A stretch of 64,000 nt of DNA, from contig CP147780.1 of the NCBI GenBank assembly GCA_037310415.1, positions 1,824,001-1,888,000 of the forward strand. The letters run 5' to 3'. The position numbers were made by a program, and so were the translations under genes. A model generated the notes under the pieces. That model did not search any database and was not told where the DNA came from. It saw only the letters and a list, made by a program, of their open reading frames with translations. Of this stretch, positions 30,906-40,372 are shown in pieces. Within the stretch, counting starts at the first letter, position 1, and every line of letters starts with the position of its first letter. This DNA is from Candidatus Atabeyarchaeum deiterrae. GTDB lineage: Archaea; Asgardarchaeota; Atabeyarchaeia; Atabeyarchaeales; Atabeyarchaeaceae.

Positions 30906-31622
30906 ATGAAGTACGCGATTTTCTCTGATGTTCACGGCAACCTTCCTGCCCTTGAGGCGGTTCTCCTTGACATTGAAGGGCAAGGCGTGAAAAAGATTCT
31001 CCACTGTGGGGATCTAGTTGGATACGGCCCCTTTCCAAATGAGGTGATAAGCCTCATAACGAGCAAGGGAATCGCAGGTGTGATGGGCAACTATGATGAA
31101 GGTGTCGGCTTCGAGAGAGATGACTGCGGGTGCGTCTATATAGACGAAACGCAGAGATTGCTCGGTCAGCGCTCCTTAGATTGGACGAAGGCCCACGTCC
31201 CAAGGAAGAATAAGGAATTCCTGAAGGCCTTGCCGCGCGAGTTGCGCTTCAGCCAAGCGGCATTCGAGATCCTTCTCACTCATGGTAGCCCCAGAAGGAT
31301 CAATGAGTACCTATATGAAGACAGACCAGCGAAAACCTTCAATCGCCTCCTGCAGGCGGGAAGATGCAATCTCCTCGTGTGTGGACATACGCATCTGCCC
31401 TACCACAAGGTGATAGACGACAAACATATCGTAAACGTTGGAAGTCTTGGAAAGCCCAAGGATGGTGACCCAAGAGCAACTTACGCTCTCTTGACTCCAG
31501 CTGCAGAGTTAAGCGTACGTTTTAGAAGAGTTCAATATGATGTGGAAAGAATGACGAGCGCCATCGAGGCTTCAGAGTTACCACACGAGTATGCAGAGAT
31601 GATAAGAAGAGGAACAGGGTAA
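30906..31622 (+). CDS. YfcE-like metallophosphoesterase
   Basis: SDVHGN, GDLVGYG, GNYD, HGSP, GHTH, NVGS; also a DDCGC insert. Confidence 0.92.
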   Translation: MKYAIFSDVHGNLPALEAVLLDIEGQGVKKILHCGDLVGYGPFPNEVISLITSKGIAGVMGNYDEGVGFERDDCGCVYIDETQRLLGQRSLDWTKAHVPRKNKEFLKALPRELRFSQAAFEILLTHGSPRRINEYLYEDRPAKTFNRLLQAGRCNLLVCGHTHLPYHKVIDDKHIVNVGSLGKPKDGDPRATYALLTPAAELSVRFRRVQYDVERMTSAIEASELPHEYAEMIRRGTG

Positions 31623-31830
31623 CATGCCATATTGGTTGTTTTCAGAACTTCTTAGGTTCGTACTTGACGCATCCGCTGGCCACCGCAATAAGGAAAACTA
31701 AGTATGACGTACAAATGGCGGGCGTAACCAAGGCAAAGACACCAAGGAGTGCTGCTTCTGCTTGACTCGAATAGATGACCTTCATATGTATAGCAGGTCC
31801 GACTCTATGGTTAATACGGCGAGAGGTGTG

Positions 31831-32271
31831 TTAACCCTTAATTGCTATCTCGGGCTCAATGACTACCTCAGGTCTTATTGATTCTGCCACCAGACTGAAT
31901 TTCCTCGCTAGCTGCATCGCCTGTTTGACCTTCTCTTCTGTCGACATTCTAACTACTATTCTTGGCTTCAAAATAATCTTCGTAAAGACGGATGTTCTAT
32001 CAAGTCTGTCCTGAACTGTTCCCTCCGCTTCACACTCATAAGACAGAAGTTCTATCTTCATCCTCTCTGCGACCCAAATAAACATCATGTGCACACACAT
32101 GTTCAGCGAAGCCACGAAACCGTCCTCGGGAGTCATCACCCCATGTTTGCCATGAAGGCTTGGAGGAGCGCTAAAACCCATTCGGGTGCCATTCCCACAC
32201 TCAAGGCTACCAGTATTCCCGCCCAACCAAGTCACCTTAGTTCTGTAAACTGGCAAGAGCCACCACACCAC
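31831..32271 (-). CDS. OsmC/Ohr family protein with a single canonical Cys
   Basis: FSAPP..HG..TPED.FVASLNMC. The second Cys position reads ARKFSLVAES (Ser). Start may be the TTG at 32256. Confidence 0.85.
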   Translation of the reverse strand: MVWWLLPVYRTKVTWLGGNTGSLECGNGTRMGFSAPPSLHGKHGVMTPEDGFVASLNMCVHMMFIWVAERMKIELLSYECEAEGTVQDRLDRTSVFTKIILKPRIVVRMSTEEKVKQAMQLARKFSLVAESIRPEVVIEPEIAIKG

Positions 32272-32333
32272 CCCTACATATTTGGCTTTAGAGTAAACAC
32301 GATGATCCCAGCGACGATGTCATATTGACATGT

Positions 32334-32789
32334 CTACTTACCCTGCTTGGATTGAACCTCACTGACCTTTTTCTTCATTAACTCAAAATAGGAGCTGTCA
32401 GAAAGCAAGTGCTTGAACTCTTTCTCTGTGTTACTCGCTTCAACTGTGACTATCCAGCCTTCGCCATACGGGTCGCTGTTCAAGAGCCCAGGCTCATCAA
32501 GAATCCTATCATTTCTTTCGACAACTTTGCCGGTGACGGGCATAGGAACTGAGATGATAATCTTAACAGTTTCAAACTGCGCCACCTCACCGCCTCTCTG
32601 AAAAGTTCTGCCCAAATCTGGCAATTGTGCAATTACCACGTCGCCACTCGTTTTCTGAAGGAAATCAGTTATCCCAATCCTCCACCTTCTCTCGCCCGCA
32701 CCGGCAAGCCAGACATCATCTTGAGAGTACTTGATGCCTTCAGCAACTTTGAAGATGAACTTGTCGATAGTAAATTCAAGAAACTCCAT
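32334..32789 (-). CDS. Glycine cleavage H-like lipoyl carrier protein
   Basis: RIGITDF.Q...GDV, FETVK (lipoyl-Lys), PVTGKVVERN, LNSDPYGEGW. Confidence 0.9.
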   Translation of the reverse strand: MEFLEFTIDKFIFKVAEGIKYSQDDVWLAGAGERRWRIGITDFLQKTSGDVVIAQLPDLGRTFQRGGEVAQFETVKIIISVPMPVTGKVVERNDRILDEPGLLNSDPYGEGWIVTVEASNTEKEFKHLLSDSSYFELMKKKVSEVQSKQGK

Positions 32790-33246
32790 GTTCCCACCCC
32801 TCCCTTCTCTCATTCACTTTGCGTTGAGCCTTCACGTAATCCTCGATGATGGCAGCGACCTTGGAAGCAATGGTGTTTGCTAACTCTGCACCCTTTGGCT
32901 CAAGTTCCCTTCGCGAATCTGTCTTGAGCTTGACGTGTTCTCTCTTCATGGAGTCAGTAACCACAACCGACGCTATGGGTCGACCCCCAACCTTCTCAAC
33001 ACTCCTTTTGGCGCAGAGCTTATCACAACCATCAATTGTGATCGTGGGCGACTTGGTTACAAAGCTTATCTCCTCCTCTCCTCCCGCCAAATAGAGTGGA
33101 ATACATATCGTCATAGTATCGTTGGGTTTGAGCTCTTCCAGGACTTTTCTCGCAGCCACTCTGGAGACCATTCCCTCGGGGATCTCTTCTCCGCTGCACG
33201 TGACTACGCCAACCTTTCTGCGCATCCAATCTCCATGCTCACTCAA
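32776..33246 (-). CDS. DGC-domain putative metal-binding protein
   Basis: TCSG, TICIP, ITIDGCDKLCAK; AGGAGG upstream. Confidence 0.88.
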   Translation of the reverse strand: MSEHGDWMRRKVGVVTCSGEEIPEGMVSRVAARKVLEELKPNDTMTICIPLYLAGGEEEISFVTKSPTITIDGCDKLCAKRSVEKVGGRPIASVVVTDSMKREHVKLKTDSRRELEPKGAELANTIASKVAAIIEDYVKAQRKVNERREGWEHGVS

Positions 33247-33265
33247 TCATGCGACCTCCTCAGAA

Positions 33266-33682
33266 CTAAATATCCTTGTTTGATAGCTTGTCGACCTCTA
33301 TACTCAACTGTTCAGCAATCTTTCGTGCAAGCGCCCTTCCGCCCGACCCAGGCTCCAACACCGAGACAGTTGAAGGCTTCAGGTCTTTGAACATCCGCAT
33401 GAACTCCGCCACAGTGAAGGCCTTGACTGTGGACGCACCAGCATTCTCAACAGAAACCTTCGCACACTTATTAGGGCAGCCGTCAATGGTTATGCATGGA
33501 TGCTTCCTAACGAGCGCGACAGCTTCTTTGTCCTTGAGCGCAACCATTGGCAAACAAGTCGTCGCTGTGCCTTCTCTCCTCATTTCATCTATTACGTGGT
33601 AGAGGGCCAGGCGGGTGATCGACCCTAGAACCTTACCGATGCCGCTACATGCTAAGACAACAACTTTGCCTTCCTCGCTCAA
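33266..33682 (-). CDS. DGC-domain putative metal-binding protein
   Basis: ACSG, TTCLP, ITIDGCPNKCAK. Confidence 0.88.
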   Translation of the reverse strand: MSEEGKVVVLACSGIGKVLGSITRLALYHVIDEMRREGTATTCLPMVALKDKEAVALVRKHPCITIDGCPNKCAKVSVENAGASTVKAFTVAEFMRMFKDLKPSTVSVLEPGSGGRALARKIAEQLSIEVDKLSNKDI

Positions 33683-33756
33683 ACTAGCTCAATCCCTCTT
33701 TTCACTTGCTCCGATGCATGCAAAGCACTCGGTTTACATTGGTTTTTCGTGTGTAA

Positions 33757-33825
33757 AAACATATTTATACATTTGAATATGTATCTTATGCGCGAAACAT
33801 ATTTATAAACTTGAATATGTATCTT
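33757..33825. promoter_or_regulatory. Two 31-bp direct repeats, each holding the palindrome ACATATT-N10-AATATGT (putative ArsR operators)
   Basis: 33757-33787 and 33795-33825 match at 29 of 31 positions and lie in a divergent promoter region. Confidence 0.8.
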
Positions 33826-33877
33826 CTGACTCATGGAACCGTAGACAACAACGGATGGATTTGGAGGGTTGCAGACC

Positions 33878-34147
33878 ATGAATAAGAAAGTCAAGGTCGA
33901 AGTGTTTGTTCCTACTGGTGCCTGCGCGTGTTCGTGGCAGAGCTTCATGGATAAAGTCTGGAGTGTTGTCCTGAAATTCAAGGACCAGGTTGACTTCCAA
34001 GTTAAACAAGCTTTCTCCGACGAAGCCTTGAAATATGGTCTGACATCAACCAAGGCCGTAGTCGTCAACGCGGACATCAAGATGACCGAGTACACGTTCG
34101 ACACACAAAAGCTCGAAGATGCCATCCGCAATGAAGTAGGAAAATAG
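33878..34147 (+). CDS. Small thioredoxin-like/ArsD-like Cys protein
   Basis: VEVFVPTGACAC, A.KYGL...AVVVN; GGAGG upstream. Confidence 0.65.
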   Translation: MNKKVKVEVFVPTGACACSWQSFMDKVWSVVLKFKDQVDFQVKQAFSDEALKYGLTSTKAVVVNADIKMTEYTFDTQKLEDAIRNEVGK

Positions 34148-34359
34148 AGCCCATGAGCTCACCGAAAAAAGAGGATGCCAGAGAACTAGACTCAAATGCC
34201 GTCGAGTCTTTGGGTCTTTCGGTATCAAATACTCTAATGCATTTGGGTTGAGTGCTAAGACTCCTCTAGAATATAGACCGCGAGCAAGTTCAAGGAATTC
34301 CTTAGCAAACCTTATCCTTCCATTTGCAAAGATTACTGTGGGTGGTATGCGAAGTGAAG

Positions 34360-34809
34360 GTGAATCGAGAGTTATTCGCTCCTTGTGGCTTGTATTGCGG
34401 TGCATGCGGTATCCGCTACGCAAATAAGCACAGCGATGAGAAGCTGAGAGGCAAGCTTGCCGAATTCTACGGCATGAAAGTTGACTCGCTCAAATGCGAC
34501 GGCTGCCTTTCGAACAACAGAATGGCGTTCTGTCAGTCCTGCAAAATAAGGGACTGCGTCAATGCAAGAAAGATATCAGGTTGCCATGTATGCTCCGAGT
34601 TTCCATGTGACAACATTAAGAACTTTCCCTTCAAGGTGGCCATACCGTACATGATGAGGGCCACTTCCTACAGAAAGGGGAAGACTGATGAACAATGGGT
34701 CAAATGGGAACAAGAGAACTGGAAATGCAAAGCATGCGGGACACCCATATTCAGAGGCGCAAGAAGATGTCCCAAATGCAAGAGTGAAATAACACCTGTG
34801 ACCGAATGA
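34360..34809 (+). CDS. DUF3795 Cys-rich protein with C-terminal Zn ribbon
   Basis: APCGLYCGAC, CDGC, CKIRDC, CHVCSEFPC, CKACG..CPKC. Confidence 0.88.
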   Translation: MNRELFAPCGLYCGACGIRYANKHSDEKLRGKLAEFYGMKVDSLKCDGCLSNNRMAFCQSCKIRDCVNARKISGCHVCSEFPCDNIKNFPFKVAIPYMMRATSYRKGKTDEQWVKWEQENWKCKACGTPIFRGARRCPKCKSEITPVTE

Positions 34810-34972
34810 AGCGAGAACCTCTTTTGCATCACCACTTGGTTTTTGCAGAACCTGGTGCTGAATTTGCAGAAAATCTGTACTCAGACTCATTTTGCTCTCC
34901 ACCCATATCAAATCTCGTGCAATAGGGAGAGCCTCTGTTCAAGCCGAATCGGCAAGCCCGGCAGGAAGCGTG

Positions 34973-35368
34973 CTACCAAGACACAAGATTTAGCATCCTC
35001 CCAATCTCTTGGAAATGTCTATCGTTAGATACCAGAAGCTCATCGTTGTACGCACAAATCCCTGCTATCAAGATGTCAAGCTCCCCGATGATCCTTCCCT
35101 TACTCGCGAGCTCACCATATATTGTTGCAGATGCCTCTGATGACTTTAGGCTTACTGGAAGTATCGGTATGCTCGAAAGTAGATCTTCAACTAGTTTGAG
35201 ATTCTCATTGCGCCTTGATGAAATAATCGCTCCCTTCAATAATTCATAGGCGGAAATGGCTGAAGTCGCAAGGTGCTCGCCCTCACCCTCAAGCTTCTCT
35301 ATCGATGAAACAGCTCTGGGCTCCCCTCTAAGCAGAGCAACCAGCAGATCGGTGTCAAGGCATACCAA
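34973..35368 (-). CDS. vapC: VapC PIN-domain toxin
   Basis: LDTD, SAYEL, LDILIAG, SNDRHF. Confidence 0.93.
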   Translation of the reverse strand: MVCLDTDLLVALLRGEPRAVSSIEKLEGEGEHLATSAISAYELLKGAIISSRRNENLKLVEDLLSSIPILPVSLKSSEASATIYGELASKGRIIGELDILIAGICAYNDELLVSNDRHFQEIGRMLNLVSW

Positions 35369-35593
35369 TCACAGCCTCACTTCCCTTGAAACGCTTTTCT
35401 CTCTCGTCTCCCCAATGAGCCTGAAAACCTTGTCCAAGTCATCTCCAGTCCACTTGCCAGCAAATGCTAGCAGGGGTTTCCTTTCCCCCTCTCTAGTTAG
35501 CCTTGCTATGACATCTGAGAAGGATTCTCCGTTCCGTTTCAGCTTCTTAAGGGCTTCATAAGCCTTCTGTGACAGCGAGATTATCTTAGTCAT
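35369..35593 (-). CDS. vapB: VapB-type antitoxin
   Basis: KIISLS..AYEALKKLK..GESFSDVI; abuts vapC. Confidence 0.9.
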   Translation of the reverse strand: MTKIISLSQKAYEALKKLKRNGESFSDVIARLTREGERKPLLAFAGKWTGDDLDKVFRLIGETREKSVSREVRL

Positions 35594-35594
35594 G

Positions 35595-35618
35595 ATATGT
35601 GCATATATATGTGCATAT
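35595..35618. promoter_or_regulatory. Tandem near-palindrome (ATATGTGCATAT)x2, likely vapBC autoregulatory operator
   Basis: Lies between a TATA-like element and the vapB ATG. Confidence 0.7.
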
Positions 35619-35666
35619 ATTTAAGTATTTGCTGTAAGGGGTTTAAAGTGACGGGCGGCGGACTCA

Positions 35667-35826
35667 TGACAACAAATAGACATTACGATGAGAAGCTGAA
35701 AGGGAAACTGTCTAAATCCCACCTGATGAAAATTGGCTCGTTGAAATGCGACGTTGCTTATCAAACAATAGGATCGCATTTTGCCAGTCATGCAGACCAA
35801 AGGACCGAGTCGCTGCAACAAATCTC
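35667..35826 (+). pseudogene. Frameshifted partial duplicate of the DUF3795 gene
   Basis: NRHYDEKLKGKLSKSHLMKIGSLKCD / CLSNNRIAFCQSC aligns to NKHSDEKLRGKLAEFYGMKVDSLKCDGCLSNNRMAFCQSC. Confidence 0.85.
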
Positions 35827-35840
35827 GATTCGTTTCCTTG

Positions 35841-36428
35841 TTACTTTTCAATATTCGAAACCTCATTGTGCCGAAAACAATCGACTATGTGGTCGTTCAC
35901 CATGCCCACCGCCTGCATAAAGGAATAGCAAATCGTGGAGCCCACGAATCTAAAACCTCGCTTTTGCAGGTCCTTGCTCATGGCATCAGATTCCTTGGTT
36001 TTCGTCGGTATTTCTGAACCTGATTTGAACTTGTTCTTGACTGGTTTCCCGCCAACGAATTGCCAGATATATTTGTCGAAAGAGCCGAATTCCTTCTTGA
36101 TTTCCAAGAGCTTCTGGGCGTTCGCGACTGCGGAATTCACCTTCAACCGATTCCGAACTATTCCTGGATCAGCGAGCAGGCGTTTCACATCTTCTTCGTT
36201 AAATTGAGCTACTTTCGCTGGGTCGAAGTTGATGAAGGCTTTGCGGTAGTTCTCCCTTTTCATCAGGATTGTATTCCAGTTCAATCCGGCTTGCGCGCCC
36301 TCCAGAACAAGTAGCTCGAAGAGCTTTCTGTCATCATGCACCAGCACGCCCCACTCTCTGTCATGATATTCTCTCTCCAATAGATTGCTGGTTGCCCAGC
36401 CACAACGCTTCCGAGCCTTTTCTCTCAT
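35841..36428 (-). CDS. tag: DNA-3-methyladenine glycosylase I
   Basis: RCGW, YHDREWG, LEGAQAGLNW, IVRNRLK, GFRFVG, MQAVGMVNDH..C. Confidence 0.96.
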   Translation of the reverse strand: MREKARKRCGWATSNLLEREYHDREWGVLVHDDRKLFELLVLEGAQAGLNWNTILMKRENYRKAFINFDPAKVAQFNEEDVKRLLADPGIVRNRLKVNSAVANAQKLLEIKKEFGSFDKYIWQFVGGKPVKNKFKSGSEIPTKTKESDAMSKDLQKRGFRFVGSTICYSFMQAVGMVNDHIVDCFRHNEVSNIEK

Positions 36429-36509
36429 GAAATCGCGACTCTCCGTTGCTGCAATTGGTATCACCACTTTGCCAAGAAGATGAATCCGTTCTGAAGAAGC
36501 CCTGCTTGG

Positions 36510-37370
36510 CTAGATTATCGATCGCGGCTGACCAGATCTTCGGCGCATCTTGGTATTCCTTTTCAGGCTCCTAGCTGCCGTCGAGCACCTCTCCTTCAAA
36601 GTATTGAAGGAGTTTCCCACGATCTCGATATTCGCGATGTTGCCTTCGCCGAGTCCCCTTTTAACGAATTCTTAGATTAGTCTCATCTTCTCGGGCCTCA
36701 ATCCAACAAGTGTGGCACCTACGGTTTCTACAGCAACTGCATCCCTTCCAGCGATAAGTGTGTTCATTCGTTGTCGCGCAGTGCCAGCCTGCTGCCAAAG
36801 GTACGTGCCATCAAGTATCGCCAAATCTATGCCGCCAATCCCCTCAAAAACGTCTGCGAGCAGCGGGTACAGTATCTCGTCCTTGTGATACTTCACTCTC
36901 TTTGTGTCCGGAATGCAGCCGAATAGGTTTTTCAGAATGCTCCCTTTTTCGAAACTGCGAAGTATGTGTGTGCTCACAAACACGTTCGGCTTAAATAGGA
37001 GATGAGATAAGTTGAAATCCTGGCCAATGGCTCGTGTTTTTCTCGTTTCTTTGTCCTCAGACAAGTTGAAAGGGACCACGTGGGCGCTGAAGAGTTGCTT
37101 CCATATTGTCAGCCTTTCCGACCCAGTTCCCTTGTAGTTATCAGACTCCACCAAGTGAATCGTAGGCGCATTGGTGAAGTTTCTAATTATTCCATCAACG
37201 ACATCGACTGATGCGTGGTTTTCCGCTTTGTGAGAGAACACGCCAACTTTAATCGTGATATTTCTCTCCGTGGTATTGAGAACATCAATCCCGCCGATGA
37301 GTTGAAGCGCTTCCTTGATTGATTCGTAGCCACCTTTGATTAGATCGACTATGGCGACTTTGGAAGTCAT
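36510..37370 (-). pseudogene. DUF362 family protein with in-frame TAA at 36672-36674
   Basis: LKNLFG, AILDG, DAVAVE. After the TAA the frame continues EFVKRGLGEGNIANIEIVG (typical family C-terminus) to TAG at 36510. Confidence 0.75.
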
Positions 37371-37627
37371 ACAAGCATCGCTCCAGATGGTACGTCGATT
37401 GATGTGATTCCGTCCATATGTAGATAGCATTTCCTTTAAAAGTACCTTCGCTGTGGGGACAATTGAAGACTTACGGCTTCGAGTTGCGATCAAGTGCCCA
37501 AAAAACACAGCACAAGAGAAGGAACTCGCTGAGCAAGATTTATATGTCGATCCCGCCTAAGACACGATTCGGCAGGAACTTATTAGCTACTGCTGCGTTT
37601 AAACGCACTAGGAGGAACAAAAGGAAA

Positions 37628-37960
37628 ATGGCAGAGAAAAAACCACTTTTCGGAATGTTGCTGAGCTTCATCGGTGGACTAATAATCATCATCGCGAGTA
37701 TTCTAGCAGCCATAAACATTACGATCGTCTTTGGTAGCTTGAATCTAATTCCCATGACAGGCATATACGCTTTCGTTTGGGGAATCTTGATCATAATCTT
37801 CTCGTTCTTGTTGTTCATGAAACCAAAGAGTAAGATGTACTGGGGACTATTGATCATCATCTTCGCAATCGTGAACATATTGCTCGGTTATGACATCATC
37901 TTCATCGGTTCGATACTTGCATTAATAGGCGGATTGGTCGGCTGGTTGATGGGCAAATAG
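37628..37960 (+). CDS. DUF6114-like 4-TM membrane protein
   Basis: LSFIGGLIII..WGLLIIIF..IGSILALIGG. Confidence 0.7.
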   Translation: MAEKKPLFGMLLSFIGGLIIIIASILAAINITIVFGSLNLIPMTGIYAFVWGILIIIFSFLLFMKPKSKMYWGLLIIIFAIVNILLGYDIIFIGSILALIGGLVGWLMGK

Positions 37961-39058
37961 ACCCACTTACTGACCCCGATTCAACCCGAAACTTTTCTTT
38001 TTTCGAAGAAGGAAAATCGTTTTCTATTGTGCTTCTGCGCTCTTTAGCTGAAGAATGGTTTTCTTAATATCGCTAGTTCCTTTAGGACGCAATGACAACA
38101 CAACCTAAAGTAACTCTTGAAGGGCGCGCAGCAGATTTAGTTGCGACAAGTGGTTTCACAAACCCTTTTTCGTGACCAGATAATGCAGAAGAGCGTGTTC
38201 CGAGCAGATAAACTGACGTCCTTGGAATACTCATCTGGAAACGATAGGATATATGCATTTATGCGGGTTTTGGCTCATACATTGTCCACTTCTTAGGGTC
38301 AATACGGCAAGGGGTCCAAGGGTCGCCTTAAAAGAAAGCGTGTTTGACTGCTTTGAGGCTAGAGGAGCTACCTTGTTCAGAGTGGTTTACCCCGCAGACC
38401 TAGAAATCGTGAGAGATATCATTGAGCCACGACTCAGGAGCAGACAAGAAAGAGACGAGATTTTGAGACAAATTCAGCGATTCAAGACGGGAGAGCATAG
38501 AGTCTTTTCGTTTGTTTGACGCTTTGCTAGAACGGGAGCTAGGTGTCCTCCTCACTCCAGTAATCCCTTTTTCTCATCAAAAAATCCTACATTTGTGGCA
38601 GCGTTCGCATCGATTGTGCCGTCCCTAGGTTTGGTTATTGGCCTGTCTTGGTGGGCGTCGGCTTGGGCACCAGGCGTGGATGTAGGCGCCGCAATCTTTT
38701 CCCTTCTCCTCAGAGGCACGTTGTTAGTAGCACTAGTCTTGTTCTTGGGGATTCTCTTATTTGCTTTACTTACCGCCAACATGGGTGTGCTGGCGAGAGA
38801 GTCAGCTTACCTGTAGACAGAAACTGGAATAAATGCTTTCAACGGAGTCGGTAAGTATGCCCAGGTGGCAAGGTTCACGCTTGGATTCACGTCTTGCATT
38901 CCTCTGTTTCTCTACGCGCAGGACCTCGGCAAACTGGGAAGAAATAGGTAGGCAGACCCTGCGGCAACCGCCGAATCGGACACAATTCATCCAATCTAGC
39001 ACGCCCGAGAAGGAAACGAGGTCAAGTAACGCGGCCAATGTGAGGGTTTGTTCGCTTT

Positions 39059-39634
39059 CTACTTATTAACTGTGGATGCTTCGGGGAAGAATGCTATCAT
39101 GAGTTTTTTGAGCCTATCGAAGGCGGTTCGGTCTCTAATGTTGAGGTTAATTTCACTTCCTGACTGTGGTATGATCTTGATGTATCCATGGTGTAGTGCT
39201 ATGATCCCTGGTTTCTTCATGTCTATCCTTTCTATGTCTTCTCTAAGTAGCTCAAATTCCTTCGGACTGCCGTCTAGTGCCTGGATTATTTGAGTGTTTT
39301 TCTCCTTTGATTTCTCCGGTTTGAAACTACGTACGTAGGTTTGAGACACATGACTAGTGATGCTGAGAGCATCAGCGACTCCGCCAAGGGCATTGGCAAT
39401 CCCCCACCCGGCCCGTCTCAGACCTCCAGATGCAGAGACTGCGAGCAGCCTCCTGTCAGTGGCGTGGACAGCGAATTTCCAATCCCATATCTTGTCCTTG
39501 CCTATGCTTGGGCTATATACTCCGCCCAGATAATTCTCTTCTCCAACTTTTGTGACTCCCTTCAGATTAGCGCCACACTTTTTGCAGTAGAAATCGGAAA
39601 CATTATTATCTGATCCACACGCAGGGCATCTCAT
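39059..39634 (-). CDS. Zinc-ribbon plus PH-like domain protein
   Basis: CPACG..N...FYCKKCGA, then HATDRRLL..DIERIDMKKPG. Confidence 0.7.
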   Translation of the reverse strand: MRCPACGSDNNVSDFYCKKCGANLKGVTKVGEENYLGGVYSPSIGKDKIWDWKFAVHATDRRLLAVSASGGLRRAGWGIANALGGVADALSITSHVSQTYVRSFKPEKSKEKNTQIIQALDGSPKEFELLREDIERIDMKKPGIIALHHGYIKIIPQSGSEINLNIRDRTAFDRLKKLMIAFFPEASTVNK

Positions 39635-40043
39635 CTTCTCTCATTCCCTCCAGTTAAACAGATCTCATTCCAGGAATATGCTGTGAGGAGCAAAGTCATG
39701 GCGTTGCATTTCAATGTTTCGTTACTACACGGAACCAGAAGTATGGATCAAATAGCTTTGTCACATGCTGCTTTCTTACTCCTACATCTTGGCATGCCGC
39801 GGAGGGTGACACACATGGCAACAGACATGAAAGCATTGTCCGTCATGCTTCAAGATCTGGGCGGCACGGATCTATTATCGTACGCAACAATACCTAAACG
39901 CTGAGGCTCCTAACCATACGTATATGTTGTCGTAAATAGGACATTTTGTTAGGATGAACTAATGTTTATCGAAACGCTAATTGGAATATTCGTTCTAGTT
40001 TCGGAGTGTGCTCTATTCCATCTAGAGGAGGAGGCGCTTGGAA

Positions 40044-40112
40044 ATGAAGGTTCCGCTTAAACGTCTTCTGACTAATGACCGGAGCATGATACTTGCTTAT
40101 GACCACGGTCTG
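40044..40112 (+). pseudogene. N-terminal relic of a class I (DhnA-type) aldolase
   Basis: Strong AGGAGGAGG RBS, then MKVPLKRLLTNDRSMILAYDHGL; similarity stops after this. Confidence 0.55.
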
Positions 40113-40372
40113 GATTCTCTCTCCTTGATGTTCGAGAAGAGCTACAATAACCTCACTTTCGACATCCCTTCCACTGGCACAACAGGACGGAGTCGTGGTG
40201 CAAACCTCCATTCCCAGAAATGTACTCCCACAAATAAGCAGCCTGATCTCAATAAATGCGATTGCCCAAAGTGAGAAGAGCAAACTACTCAAACTTGACC
40301 ATCCCTGACCAACTAAGAAAAAAGGAGGAGTTCCGAAGGGGAGACTTTGATAGGCGCGGGTTCTTGGACACT

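Noticed and set aside
33757-33825. 31-bp direct repeats as a mini-CRISPR
   Set aside because: Only two copies with a 7-nt spacer and no cas genes; better explained as operators.
31831-34147. Selenocysteine recoding in the DGC, OsmC or Trx-like genes
   Set aside because: No in-frame TGA at redox positions; they are Cys or Ser codons.
29037-36674. Genome-wide TAA reassignment suggested by two in-frame TAA codons
   Set aside because: Several intact genes in the window end normally at TAA.
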